Below, in pieces: positions 26,051-33,999 of a DNA stretch of 40,323 nt. Source of the DNA: Actinomycetota bacterium. GTDB taxonomy: Bacteria; Actinomycetota; Acidimicrobiia; Acidimicrobiales; VFJN01. Position numbers and translations under genes: made by a program. The notes beneath the pieces are model-generated. The model was not told where the DNA came from, ran no database searches, and saw only the letters and a program-made list of their open reading frames with translations. Position 1 is the stretch's first letter. Each line of letters begins with the position of its first letter. Location: assembly GCA_046734695.1 (NCBI GenBank), contig JBKPRS010000222.1, positions 1 to 40,323 on the forward strand, read 5' to 3'.

Positions 26051-26096
26051 CTCAGGCTTCAGTGACGCCTCAGGTTTGCCTCAGGTGGCCTTCAGC
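26051..26096 (+). promoter_or_regulatory. Phased YTCAG direct-repeat array C (five units)
   Basis: CTCAGgCTTCAGtgacgcCTCAGgtttgcCTCAGgtggccTTCAGC. TCAG cores sit at 26052, 26059, 26070, 26081 and 26092 (spacing 7, 11, 11, 11). The array is flanked by CCCTAACCC (26015-26023) and by the inverted repeat GTCCGC/GCGGAC (26097-26117). It lies in the divergent gap between the 25085..26005 gene and the dehydrogenase gene. Confidence 0.55.
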
Positions 26097-26197
26097 GTCC
26101 GCGATCAGCATGCGGACCCGAGCGGCAGGAAATCGCGGACAGGGACTGCTCTCTCGGAAGGTGACTTGATGGCAGCCAGGGCGGACAGGGCGGCGAC

Positions 26198-27574
26198 ATG
26201 ACGGGTGGACGCGCATGGAGTGCGGTAAGGACGAACGAGGCGGCCGGCCCGAGGGGCCCACGCGTTGCCGTCTTCGGGCTCGGCTACGTGGGGACCGTAT
26301 CGGCGGCGTGCCTGGCGAGCCGTGGATATACGGTCATCGGCGTCGACGTGAGCCCCGACAAGGTCACGATGGTGGCCGAGGGGCGAACTCCGGTGGTGGA
26401 GGAGCGGATCGGTGACCTGATCGCGGAGCAGGTTGCTGCCGGCCGGCTCAGCGCCACCAGCGACGCGGCCGCAGCGGTCGCCGCGACGGACCTGGCGCTG
26501 GTGTGTGTCGGCACACCCTCGACGCCGAGCGGGAGCCTGCTCACCGCCTATCTCGAGCAGGTCGCCGAGCAGATCGGGGCGGCGCTGGTCGGGCGGACGG
26601 ACCGCTACACGGTCGTCATCCGCTCCACCATGCTGCCGACGACCTGCGAGGAGATCGTCGCCCCCCGCCTGGAGGCGGCGTCGGGACTGTGTGCCGGCGT
26701 CGACTTCGGTCTGGCGGTGAACCCGGAGTTCCTGCGCGAGGGCAGCTCCGTCCGTGACTTCTTCGACCCGCCCAAGACCGTGATCGGCGAGATCGACGAG
26801 GCCAGCGGCGACGCGGTCGCCCGGCTCTACGAGGGCCTGCCCGGCCCGGTGTACCGGGTGCCGCTCGGCGTGGCGGAGATGATCAAGTACGCCGACAACA
26901 GCTTCCACGCCCTGAAGACCGGCTTCGCCAACGAGATGGGCGCGGTGTGCAAGGCGCTCGGCCTCGACAGCCACGCCGTGATGGGGATCCTCACGGCGGA
27001 CACGAAGCTCAACATCTCCCCGGCCTACCTGCGTCCCGGGTACGCCTTCGGCGGCTCCTGCCTCCCCAAGGACCTCCGTGCGCTCGTCCACCGGGCCCGC
27101 CGGGCGGACGTGTCGATCCCGATCCTGGAGAGCATCCTGCCGTCGAACGAGGGCCAGATCGACCGGGTGTTCCGGACGATCGAGGCCACCGGCAAGCGCC
27201 GGGTCGGGCTGCTCGGACTGTCGTTCAAGCCCGGTACGGACGACCTGCGCGAGAGCCCCATGGTGGCCCTCGCCGAGCGCCTGCTCGGCCGGGGCTTCGA
27301 GCTCATGATCCACGACCCGCAGGTGGCGGTGTCCCGGCTGCTCGGCGCCAACCGCGCCTACGTGGACCAGCGCATCCCCCACCTGTCCCGGCTCATGGCG
27401 AGCTCGGCCCAGGAGGTCGTGGCCCACGCCGAGGTGATCGTGGTGGGAGCGGCGGACCCCGACGCGCTGGCCGAGCTGCGTGAGGCCGATGGCCGCATCA
27501 TCGTCGATCTGGTCCGGTTCCCCGGCTCCGAGGACTACGAGGGCGACGGGAGGTACATCGGTGTCGGATGGTAG
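26198..27574 (+). CDS. Nucleotide-sugar 6-dehydrogenase, GDP-mannose 6-dehydrogenase (AlgD)-like
   Basis: 458-aa ORF. Motifs are VAVFGLGYVGTVSAACLASRGYTVIGVDV, VCVGTPS, NPEFLREGSSVRDF, the catalytic-Cys motif FGGSCLPKDLRAL, and GLSFKPGTDDLRESP. The C-terminus ends in GVGW. From memory, length and motifs resemble AlgD more than UDP-glucose dehydrogenases. Substrate specificity is inferred. Confidence 0.9.
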   Translation: MTGGRAWSAVRTNEAAGPRGPRVAVFGLGYVGTVSAACLASRGYTVIGVDVSPDKVTMVAEGRTPVVEERIGDLIAEQVAAGRLSATSDAAAAVAATDLALVCVGTPSTPSGSLLTAYLEQVAEQIGAALVGRTDRYTVVIRSTMLPTTCEEIVAPRLEAASGLCAGVDFGLAVNPEFLREGSSVRDFFDPPKTVIGEIDEASGDAVARLYEGLPGPVYRVPLGVAEMIKYADNSFHALKTGFANEMGAVCKALGLDSHAVMGILTADTKLNISPAYLRPGYAFGGSCLPKDLRALVHRARRADVSIPILESILPSNEGQIDRVFRTIEATGKRRVGLLGLSFKPGTDDLRESPMVALAERLLGRGFELMIHDPQVAVSRLLGANRAYVDQRIPHLSRLMASSAQEVVAHAEVIVVGAADPDALAELREADGRIIVDLVRFPGSEDYEGDGRYIGVGW

Positions 27575-28871
27575 GCGCCGGCCCGGCCCCCGGGTCCTCA
27601 TCCTGGTGGAGAACCTCTCCGTCCCGTTCGACCGCCGGGTCTGGCAGGAGTGCCGCGCCCTGACCGATGCCGGCTACCGGGTCGAGGTGATCTGCCCGCA
27701 GGGCGTCAAGCAGGACACGGAGCCCTACGCCGAGATCGGCGGCGTGCGCATCCACCGCTACCCGCTCAAGGCGGCGACGGGCGGCCCTGCGGGGTACGTC
27801 CGCGAGTACGGCACCGCGCTCTGGCGCACGCTGCGCATCGCACGGCGCCTGTCCCGGGAGGAGCCCTTCGACGTCGTCCAGGCGTGCAACCCGCCGGACC
27901 TCCTCTTCCTGATCGCCCTGGCGATTCGCCACACCGGGGCGCGCTTCATGTTCGACCACCACGACCTCGTGCCGGAGCTGTTCGAGTCACGCTTCGCCTC
28001 CGGGCCCCGGGTGCTGCATCGGGTGTCGTCACTGCTCGAACGCCTGACCTTCCGGACCGCGGACGCGGTGATCAGCACCAACGACAGCTACCGCTGGGCC
28101 GCGCTGACGCGCGGGGGACTGCCGCCGGATCGGGTGCGGGTGGTCCGCAGCGCCCCGGACCTGTCGCGCTTCGTCCCGGTCGCCCCCGATCCCGCCCTCA
28201 AGCGGGGGAAGCGCCACCTCGCCTGCTACCTGGGCGTGATGGGGCCTCAGGACGGCGTCGACTACGCGCTCCGCGCCCTCGCCCACCTGCACGGCCCGCT
28301 GGGTCGCGACGACCTGCACACCACGTTCATCGGCAGCGGCGACGCCTTCGACGACCTGGTCGCGCTGGCCGGCCGCCTCGGCCTCGACGACGTCGTGGAG
28401 TTCACGGGGCGGGTGCCGGACGAGACCGTGCAGCGGTACCTGTCGACCGCCGACGTCTGCTTGTCGCCGGACCCGAAGAACCCGCTCAACGACGTGTCGT
28501 CGATGAACAAGGTCGTCGAGTACATGGCCATGAGCCGCCCCCTGGTCTCGTTCGACCTGCGGGAGGCCCGGGTCACGGCCTCCGATGCGGCTGTCTACGC
28601 GCCCGACAACGACGAGATCCGCTTCGCCGAGCTGACCGCCGAGCTGCTGGACGATCCCGAGCGCCGCGAGCGCATGGGGGCCATCGGCCGTCGCCGCGTG
28701 GAGGCGAACCTCTCGTGGGAGACCTCGCGCACCAACCTGCTGGCAGCTTACGAGGACCTGCTCGACAGCCCGATGCGCCGGCAGACGGACCGCCGGGCCA
28801 TCCCGCGTGTGCCCGAGGCCATCCCCCCGCAACCGATCGCGGCCGGGGCGGGCAGCTCCAGCGCTGCCTGA
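27561..28871 (+). CDS. Glycosyltransferase family 4 (GT-B)
   Basis: The track ORF is 27480..28871. I prefer the GTG at 27561, which follows GGGAGG (27548-27553). Motifs are RVLILVENLSVPFDRRVWQECRALTDAGYRVEVICP and FDHHDL, with a C-terminal Glycos_transf_1-like region DVCLSPDPKNPLNDVSSMNKVVEYMAMSRPLVSFDL. Confidence 0.9.
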   Translation: MSDGRRRPGPRVLILVENLSVPFDRRVWQECRALTDAGYRVEVICPQGVKQDTEPYAEIGGVRIHRYPLKAATGGPAGYVREYGTALWRTLRIARRLSREEPFDVVQACNPPDLLFLIALAIRHTGARFMFDHHDLVPELFESRFASGPRVLHRVSSLLERLTFRTADAVISTNDSYRWAALTRGGLPPDRVRVVRSAPDLSRFVPVAPDPALKRGKRHLACYLGVMGPQDGVDYALRALAHLHGPLGRDDLHTTFIGSGDAFDDLVALAGRLGLDDVVEFTGRVPDETVQRYLSTADVCLSPDPKNPLNDVSSMNKVVEYMAMSRPLVSFDLREARVTASDAAVYAPDNDEIRFAELTAELLDDPERRERMGAIGRRRVEANLSWETSRTNLLAAYEDLLDSPMRRQTDRRAIPRVPEAIPPQPIAAGAGSSSAA

Positions 28872-28918
28872 TGGACCCGTATCCTGCCTGGCGACGACGC
28901 CGGGGCACCGTGGCCGGC

Positions 28919-29779
28919 TCAGCCGGCGGCCACCGAGCGCGAGCTCTCGTCGCGCTCCCAGCGCGTCGACCGGCCGAACCGCGCGTAGATGCGGGCGGCC
29001 ACGGCGACCGATGCGTACGTCGCGGCGTCGACCGCGCCCCGCACGCTGCGGCATTGCCGCAGCAGGTCGCGCCGGGTCGACGGGGTGGTCTCCTTGACCA
29101 GCTCCGGGTGGTCTGCGGCGGCCCGGTTCTCGGCCACGCCGCGGTAAGCGCGTCGCCGCACCTTGAGGAGGTCCCGCAGGCGCGCCGGCGCCATAACGAC
29201 GACCGGCTCGTCGCCCACGATGTCGATCTCGGTCGCCGCGAAGTGCTGGTCGACCCAGTGGTCCTCGGCCGTGATGTCGGGATGGTCGCCGAACCGGGCC
29301 CGGCCGGCGGCCGTCAGGCCGTAGACGCCGGCGCCCCACAGCGATCGCATCACCGAGGGCATCTGCGCCCGGACCCGGAAGTAGCGGCGCACGATGCCCG
29401 AGGAGTGGGAGGTGTCGTAGCGGATCGGGGGCCGGGCCGCCACCGCACCCGGCCGCTCGAGGTGCTCGAGCACCCGGCGTGCGCTGGCGCCTCGCAGCAC
29501 CACGTCGGCGTCGAGGTAGAGGCGTGGGAAGTTCCGGAGCGCCCGGTCGCCGGCTCGGAGTGCCGCGGGCTTCGACGCCACATCCAGCTCGATCACCTGC
29601 ACCGGGTGGCCGCTGGCCCGGGCCACCTCCGCGGTGCGGTCGTGGCAGCCGTTGCACACCACGGCCACCTCGAGGCTCGCGGGGTCGATCCCGTCGAACA
29701 GGTGGTCGAGGCAGCGGCCGATGACCGCCTCTTCGTCGTGGGCGGGGATCAGCACCGAACCGGCCGGCTGGTCGCTCAT
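28919..29779 (-). CDS. Glycosyltransferase family 2
   Basis: 286 aa from the ATG at 29779 (MSDQPAGSVLIPAHDEEAVIGRCLDHL). Motifs are VVCNGCHDRTAEVAR and the DxD-like YLDADVVL. An alternative start is at 29824. Confidence 0.85.
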   Translation of the reverse strand: MSDQPAGSVLIPAHDEEAVIGRCLDHLFDGIDPASLEVAVVCNGCHDRTAEVARASGHPVQVIELDVASKPAALRAGDRALRNFPRLYLDADVVLRGASARRVLEHLERPGAVAARPPIRYDTSHSSGIVRRYFRVRAQMPSVMRSLWGAGVYGLTAAGRARFGDHPDITAEDHWVDQHFAATEIDIVGDEPVVVMAPARLRDLLKVRRRAYRGVAENRAAADHPELVKETTPSTRRDLLRQCRSVRGAVDAATYASVAVAARIYARFGRSTRWERDESSRSVAAG

Positions 29780-29916
29780 GACTGCTCGTCGCGTTGTGTC
29801 GTCACGTCGGCTCCGCCCCGTCATGCCCGCGTCCCCGCCCGGGGATCCGCCGGGGGCCACCCTACGGACCGGGGTAGCGGTCGGACAAGCGCAGCTCTCC
29901 GAACGGCAGGTCGACC

Positions 29917-30834
29917 GTGGACACGATGAGCCCGGCGCCTTCGCGGGCCCCGGCGCCCCCGCGGGCACCGGCGCCGCCGCCGGTCCGCACCCGCTTCGTG
30001 TTCGGCTTCGACTTCGTCGACGACGTCAGCATCGACGCCACCGTCGAGCGCCTGCTCGCACCCCAGCCCGACGACGGTCGGGAGCCGATCGTGTTCACCC
30101 CCAACGTGGACACCGTGGTGCACATGGGGGAGCTCGAGCGCTTGGGGATCGCCCGGCGCATGCGCAACTCCCGCTACATCCTCCCCGACGGGCAGCCGAT
30201 CGTGTGGGCCAGCCGCATGCTCGGCCAGCCGCTCCGCGCCCGCCTGGCGGGCAGCGACCTCGTGCCGCCGCTGTGGGACCGCCTGGTCGCCGAGGACCGG
30301 CGCGCGATGGTCGTCGTGTCGTGCCCCGAGGTGGCGGCACCCCTGCAGGCCGAGATGCCCTCGCTGGGCGTCTATGTCCCGCCGGTGTTCGATCCCGCCG
30401 ATCCCGTGGCGTTCGGCGAGGTCGTCCGGGCCGCGGCCGAGGTGCTCGAGCGGACGGCGCCGGAGTTCGTCTTCCTCGGCATCTCGTTCCCGAAGCAGCA
30501 GCTGCTGGCGCTCGCGCTCATCGACCACCTGCGACGCCGGGGGCGGCCGCTGCCCGTGTTCCTGTGCATCGGCGGCGCGATGGAGCTGCACGTCGGGCGC
30601 CACCGGCGGGCACCGCTGTGGGTGCGTCACGCGGGTGGCGAATGGTTCTTCCGCTTCCTGCTCGAGCCGCGCCGGCTGTTCCACCGGTACTTCGTCAGGG
30701 ATCTGCGGTTCCTGCCGATCATGCGCCTCGAGCTCCGCGCCGCCAGCGCGCTGAGACTAGGGCCGCGGCGCGGGCTCCGGCTGGCCGGGGCAGCCGGGTG
30801 GCTGTGGATCCTGGTCCCCCTGCTCAGCCTCTGA
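29917..30834 (+). CDS. WecB/TagA/CpsF-family glycosyltransferase (GT26)
   Basis: 305-aa ORF. Motifs are IVFTPNVDTVVHM, ILPDGQPIVWASRMLG, VFLGISFPKQQLLA, LCIGGAMELHVG and APLWVRHAGGEWFFRFLLEPRRLFHRYF. An alternative ATG is at 29926. Confidence 0.9.
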   Translation: MDTMSPAPSRAPAPPRAPAPPPVRTRFVFGFDFVDDVSIDATVERLLAPQPDDGREPIVFTPNVDTVVHMGELERLGIARRMRNSRYILPDGQPIVWASRMLGQPLRARLAGSDLVPPLWDRLVAEDRRAMVVVSCPEVAAPLQAEMPSLGVYVPPVFDPADPVAFGEVVRAAAEVLERTAPEFVFLGISFPKQQLLALALIDHLRRRGRPLPVFLCIGGAMELHVGRHRRAPLWVRHAGGEWFFRFLLEPRRLFHRYFVRDLRFLPIMRLELRAASALRLGPRRGLRLAGAAGWLWILVPLLSL

Positions 30835-30876
30835 CGGGCGGCCGCCCGCCCTGCGGCCATCCGGGCCACGCGCCAC

Positions 30877-30888
30877 TAACCTGACCGG
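30877..30888 (+). promoter_or_regulatory. Candidate -10 element with leaderless geometry for gatB
   Basis: TAACCT (TAnnnT) at 30877-30882 is followed by exactly 6 nt (gaccgg) and then the gatB ATG at 30889. No Shine-Dalgarno sequence is evident. Confidence 0.35.
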
Positions 30889-32319
30889 ATGGCCACGGAC
30901 TGGGAGACGATCGTCGGGCTCGAGGTCCACACCGAGCTGGCGACGGCGACGAAGCTGTTCTGCGGGTGCCCCAACCGCTTCGGCGACGAGCCCAACACCA
31001 ACGTGTGCCCGACGTGCCTCGGCCTGCCCGGGTCGCTGCCGGTCCTCAACGAGGCCGTCGTCGAGCTGGCCATCCGGCTGGGGCGGGCGCTCGGCTGCAC
31101 CGTGCGCCGCTCGGTGTTCGCCAGGAAGAACTACTTCTACCCGGACATGCCGAAGGACTACCAGATCAGCCAGTACGACCTGCCCATCAACGTGGACGGG
31201 TCGCTGGAGCTGCCCTCGGGGCTGACGGTGGGTATCGAGCGGGCCCACCTGGAGGAGGACACCGGCAAGTCCACCCACATCGGTGGCGGCGGCCGGATCA
31301 CCGACGCCGGCTACAGCCTGGTCGACTACAACCGGGCCGGCGTCCCCCTGCTGGAGATCGTGTCCCGGCCCGACCTGCGCTCGGCCGAGGACGCCCGGGA
31401 GTACGTGTCCGAGCTCCGGAGGATCCTGCTGGCCACGGGCGCGTCTGACGCCAAGATGGAGGAAGGGTCGCTGCGGGTCGACGCCAACGTGTCGGTCCGC
31501 CGCCCGGGCGAGCCGCTCGGCACCCGCTGCGAGATCAAGAACGTGAACTCGCTGCGCTCGCTGGGGCGCGCGATCGACTACGAGGCCCGGCGCCAGATCG
31601 AGCTGCTGGAGGCGGGCGAGGTCGTCCGCCAAGAGACCCGCCACTGGAACGAGGACGACGGCCGCACCCACACGCTGCGCTCCAAGGAGGAGGCGGAGGA
31701 CTACCGCTACTTCCCCGAGCCCGACCTCGTCCCGCTCGATCCGGGTGACGATTGGGTGGCGCGGGTGGACGAGGCGCTGCCGGCGCTGCCGGCCCAGCGC
31801 CGGTCCCGGTTGGCCGCAGCCGCGGGACTGGGCTCGACGGGCGGGGCGGTGGCCATCGCCGTCGAGCGGGACCTGGACGACCTGGCGGTCGACGCCATCG
31901 CCGCGGGCGGCGACCCGGCCCGGGTGCTGACCCACGTCGAGCACAACCTGGCGGTCGAGGGCGCCGACCGGCTGCCCGGCCCCCGCCTGGCGGCGCTGGT
32001 GGACATGGAGACCAGCGGCGAGCTGACCCCGACCCAGGCCAAGGCGGTCCTGGCCGAGATGGTGGAGACGGGCGCGCACCCCAAGGACATCGCCCAGGCC
32101 CGCGGCTTCGAGGCCATGGGCGCCGACGCCCTGGGCGCGGCTCTCGACGGCGTCATCGCCGCCCATCCCGACGAGTGGGCCCGCTTCCGCGAGGGCGACG
32201 ACAAGGCCCGGGGCCGGCTGATGGGGTTCTTCGTGGGCCAGGTGATGGAGGCCACGGACCGCAAGGCCGACGGCAAGGCGGTCACCGCCCTGCTGCGCGA
32301 GCGCGCCGCCGAGCGCTGA
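30889..32319 (+). CDS. gatB: Asp-tRNA(Asn)/Glu-tRNA(Gln) amidotransferase subunit B
   Basis: 476-aa ORF with the classic N-terminus WETIVGLEVHTELATATKLFCGCPNRFGDEPNTNVCPTCLGLPGSLPVLN, plus KNYFYPDMPKDYQISQYD and a C-terminal YqeY-like tail. Confidence 0.95.
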   Translation: MATDWETIVGLEVHTELATATKLFCGCPNRFGDEPNTNVCPTCLGLPGSLPVLNEAVVELAIRLGRALGCTVRRSVFARKNYFYPDMPKDYQISQYDLPINVDGSLELPSGLTVGIERAHLEEDTGKSTHIGGGGRITDAGYSLVDYNRAGVPLLEIVSRPDLRSAEDAREYVSELRRILLATGASDAKMEEGSLRVDANVSVRRPGEPLGTRCEIKNVNSLRSLGRAIDYEARRQIELLEAGEVVRQETRHWNEDDGRTHTLRSKEEAEDYRYFPEPDLVPLDPGDDWVARVDEALPALPAQRRSRLAAAAGLGSTGGAVAIAVERDLDDLAVDAIAAGGDPARVLTHVEHNLAVEGADRLPGPRLAALVDMETSGELTPTQAKAVLAEMVETGAHPKDIAQARGFEAMGADALGAALDGVIAAHPDEWARFREGDDKARGRLMGFFVGQVMEATDRKADGKAVTALLRERAAER

Positions 32320-32325
32320 GCGCCG

Positions 32326-32898
32326 TCAGCGCAGACCGAGCGCGGGGACCGTGCGCAGGTCCGCCTCGTCGGCCAGGAAGTAGTCCGCCCGGCGGATCCC
32401 GACGAGGGCAGCCACCAGCGACGACGGGATCGACTCGGCCCGCGTGTTGAGGGCCCGGACGTTGCCGTTGTAGAAGCGCCGGGCCGCGGCGATGCGGTCC
32501 TCGGTGTCGACCAGCTCGTCCTGCAGGGCCCGGAAGTGCCCGTCGGCCCGCAGCGCCGGGTAGCCCTCGGACAGCGCGAAAAGGTGGCGGAGGCCGGCGG
32601 TGAGCCGGGCCTCGTCCGCGCCCTGGTCGGCCACGGTGGGCGACGGCGCCACGGCCTGGGCCCGCTCCGCCGCCACCCGCTCGAACAGCGCCCGCTCGTG
32701 GGCGGCGTAGCCCTTGACCACGGCCACCAGCTGGGGGACCAGGTCGTGCCGGCGCACCAGCTCGACGTCGATCTGGCGCCACGACTCGGCCACCAGGTTG
32801 CGCTGGCGGACGAAGCGGTTGTAGCTGATCGCGGTCATGATCAGCAGGAGCCCGACCCCGGCCAGGATGGCCGCGCCCGCGATCTGCGCCGAGCTCAC
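32326..32898 (-). CDS. LemA family protein
   Basis: 190 aa from the GTG at 32898, which overlaps the upstream stop (GTGA). The N-terminal TM is IAGAAILAGVGLLLIMTAISYNRFV, followed by the LemA pattern ESWRQIDVELVRRHDLVPQLV...GYPALRADGHFRALQDELVDTEDRIAAARRFYNGNVRALN. Confidence 0.9.
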   Translation of the reverse strand: MSSAQIAGAAILAGVGLLLIMTAISYNRFVRQRNLVAESWRQIDVELVRRHDLVPQLVAVVKGYAAHERALFERVAAERAQAVAPSPTVADQGADEARLTAGLRHLFALSEGYPALRADGHFRALQDELVDTEDRIAAARRFYNGNVRALNTRAESIPSSLVAALVGIRRADYFLADEADLRTVPALGLR

Positions 32899-33668
32899 GC
32901 GGACCGCTTCCCGACCGTCGGTGGCTGGGTGCCGCGGTCGGTCCAGACGTAGTCGGGGAGGCGCTCGACCATCCCGACCAGCAGCCCGAGGTTGTAGTCG
33001 ACGCAGTCGAGGTCGAGGCCTCCGGCCAGCGTGGCCACCAGGTAGCGGTCCGCCACCTGCACGATCAGGGCCTGCGCCGGCAGCAGCGCCTCCATGGTGC
33101 GGGCGTTGAGCAGGTCGTACGCGAAACGCTCGTCGCCGGCCTGAACCCGGAAGGCGCGGTTGAACTCCTCGCTCTCCAAGTCGATGTCCTGGCCGCCGAA
33201 CAGGCGGGCGGCCTTGTCCAGCATGTTCTCGGAGCGGATGTGCACCCAGGGCAGGCCGGCCGGCAGGCCGACGGCGTACACGCCGGCCCGGTGGGTGCGG
33301 CGCTGGTTGCCCGTCCCCGTCACCCACTTGTAGTCGAACACCACCGACGTCAGGCCGGCGTAGGGCCCGCGCATGACGTAGCGGGCGGTTCGGCCGTGGC
33401 CCTCGCCGAAGGGCTCACCCTCGGCGATGTACGCCCAGGCGTCGTCCCCGGCCTCGAAGCTCCACCCCCGGCGCGCGGCGTACGCCCCGAGCGCCACCCG
33501 CCGGCGCCGCTCGAAGAGCTGCGACATGAACCAGGCCGCGACCGTCACCACCACGGCGAAGGCGGCGAAGACGACGAACCCCAAGCTGTCCAGCGTGACT
33601 CTCCAGGTCGAGTGCGTCAGATGATGGCAGAACCGCGCCGCGGCGGGACGACGCCCCGGCTGGTCCAC
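32895..33668 (-). CDS. LemA-associated membrane-anchored hypothetical protein (DUF3137-like)
   Basis: The ORF has an N-terminal TM (LGFVVFAAFAVVVTVAAWF) followed by a soluble domain, RGWSFEAGDD...VMRGPYAGL...HRAGVYAVGLP...LESEEFNRAFRV. It is translationally coupled to LemA. The start is uncertain and may lie downstream of 33668. The family assignment is from memory. Confidence 0.7.
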   Translation of the reverse strand: MDQPGRRPAAARFCHHLTHSTWRVTLDSLGFVVFAAFAVVVTVAAWFMSQLFERRRRVALGAYAARRGWSFEAGDDAWAYIAEGEPFGEGHGRTARYVMRGPYAGLTSVVFDYKWVTGTGNQRRTHRAGVYAVGLPAGLPWVHIRSENMLDKAARLFGGQDIDLESEEFNRAFRVQAGDERFAYDLLNARTMEALLPAQALIVQVADRYLVATLAGGLDLDCVDYNLGLLVGMVERLPDYVWTDRGTQPPTVGKRSA

Positions 33669-33960
33669 ACGTAGTCGGGGAGGCGATCCACCATCCGCGC
33701 CGGCAGCTCGATGGCGTAGACGCCGGCGCGGACGCGCGACGAGCCGGACCCGCCCGTGTAGCTGAACGCGAGCCCCAGTAGTGCAGCACGGGCCCGCGCA
33801 TCACGTCGTCCGCCAGGCGGTACAGGCCCGTGCCGAACGGGACGCGCGGCGCGATGCGGGCCCAGCGGTCGTCGCGGCCGGTGAAGGCCCAACCGCGGGA
33901 CACCGCGAAGCCGGCCAGCTCCGCCTTCCGTCTGCTCCTGGCCGAGATCCACCCTGCCAC
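33617..33960 (-). pseudogene. Decayed tandem paralog of the LemA-associated gene (5'-truncated, frameshifted, internally deleted)
   Basis: Two frames together rebuild a homolog of the neighbouring gene. Frame a gives SRRKAELAGFAVSRGWAFTGRDDRWARIAP..VPFGTG..DDVMRGPVLHYW. Frame b gives LAFSYTGGSGSSRVRAGVYAIELPA|RMVDRLPDYVWTSRGVVPP. The frames switch near 33770-33785. About 90 codons are missing between ...ELPA and RMVDRLPDYVW relative to the intact copy. DNA-level similarity is visible (ggtccaCacgtagtcggggaggcg...). Confidence 0.6.
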
Positions 33961-33999
33961 TGCCCACAGATGATCGCAGGGCGCCGGCCCGATGGGCCG

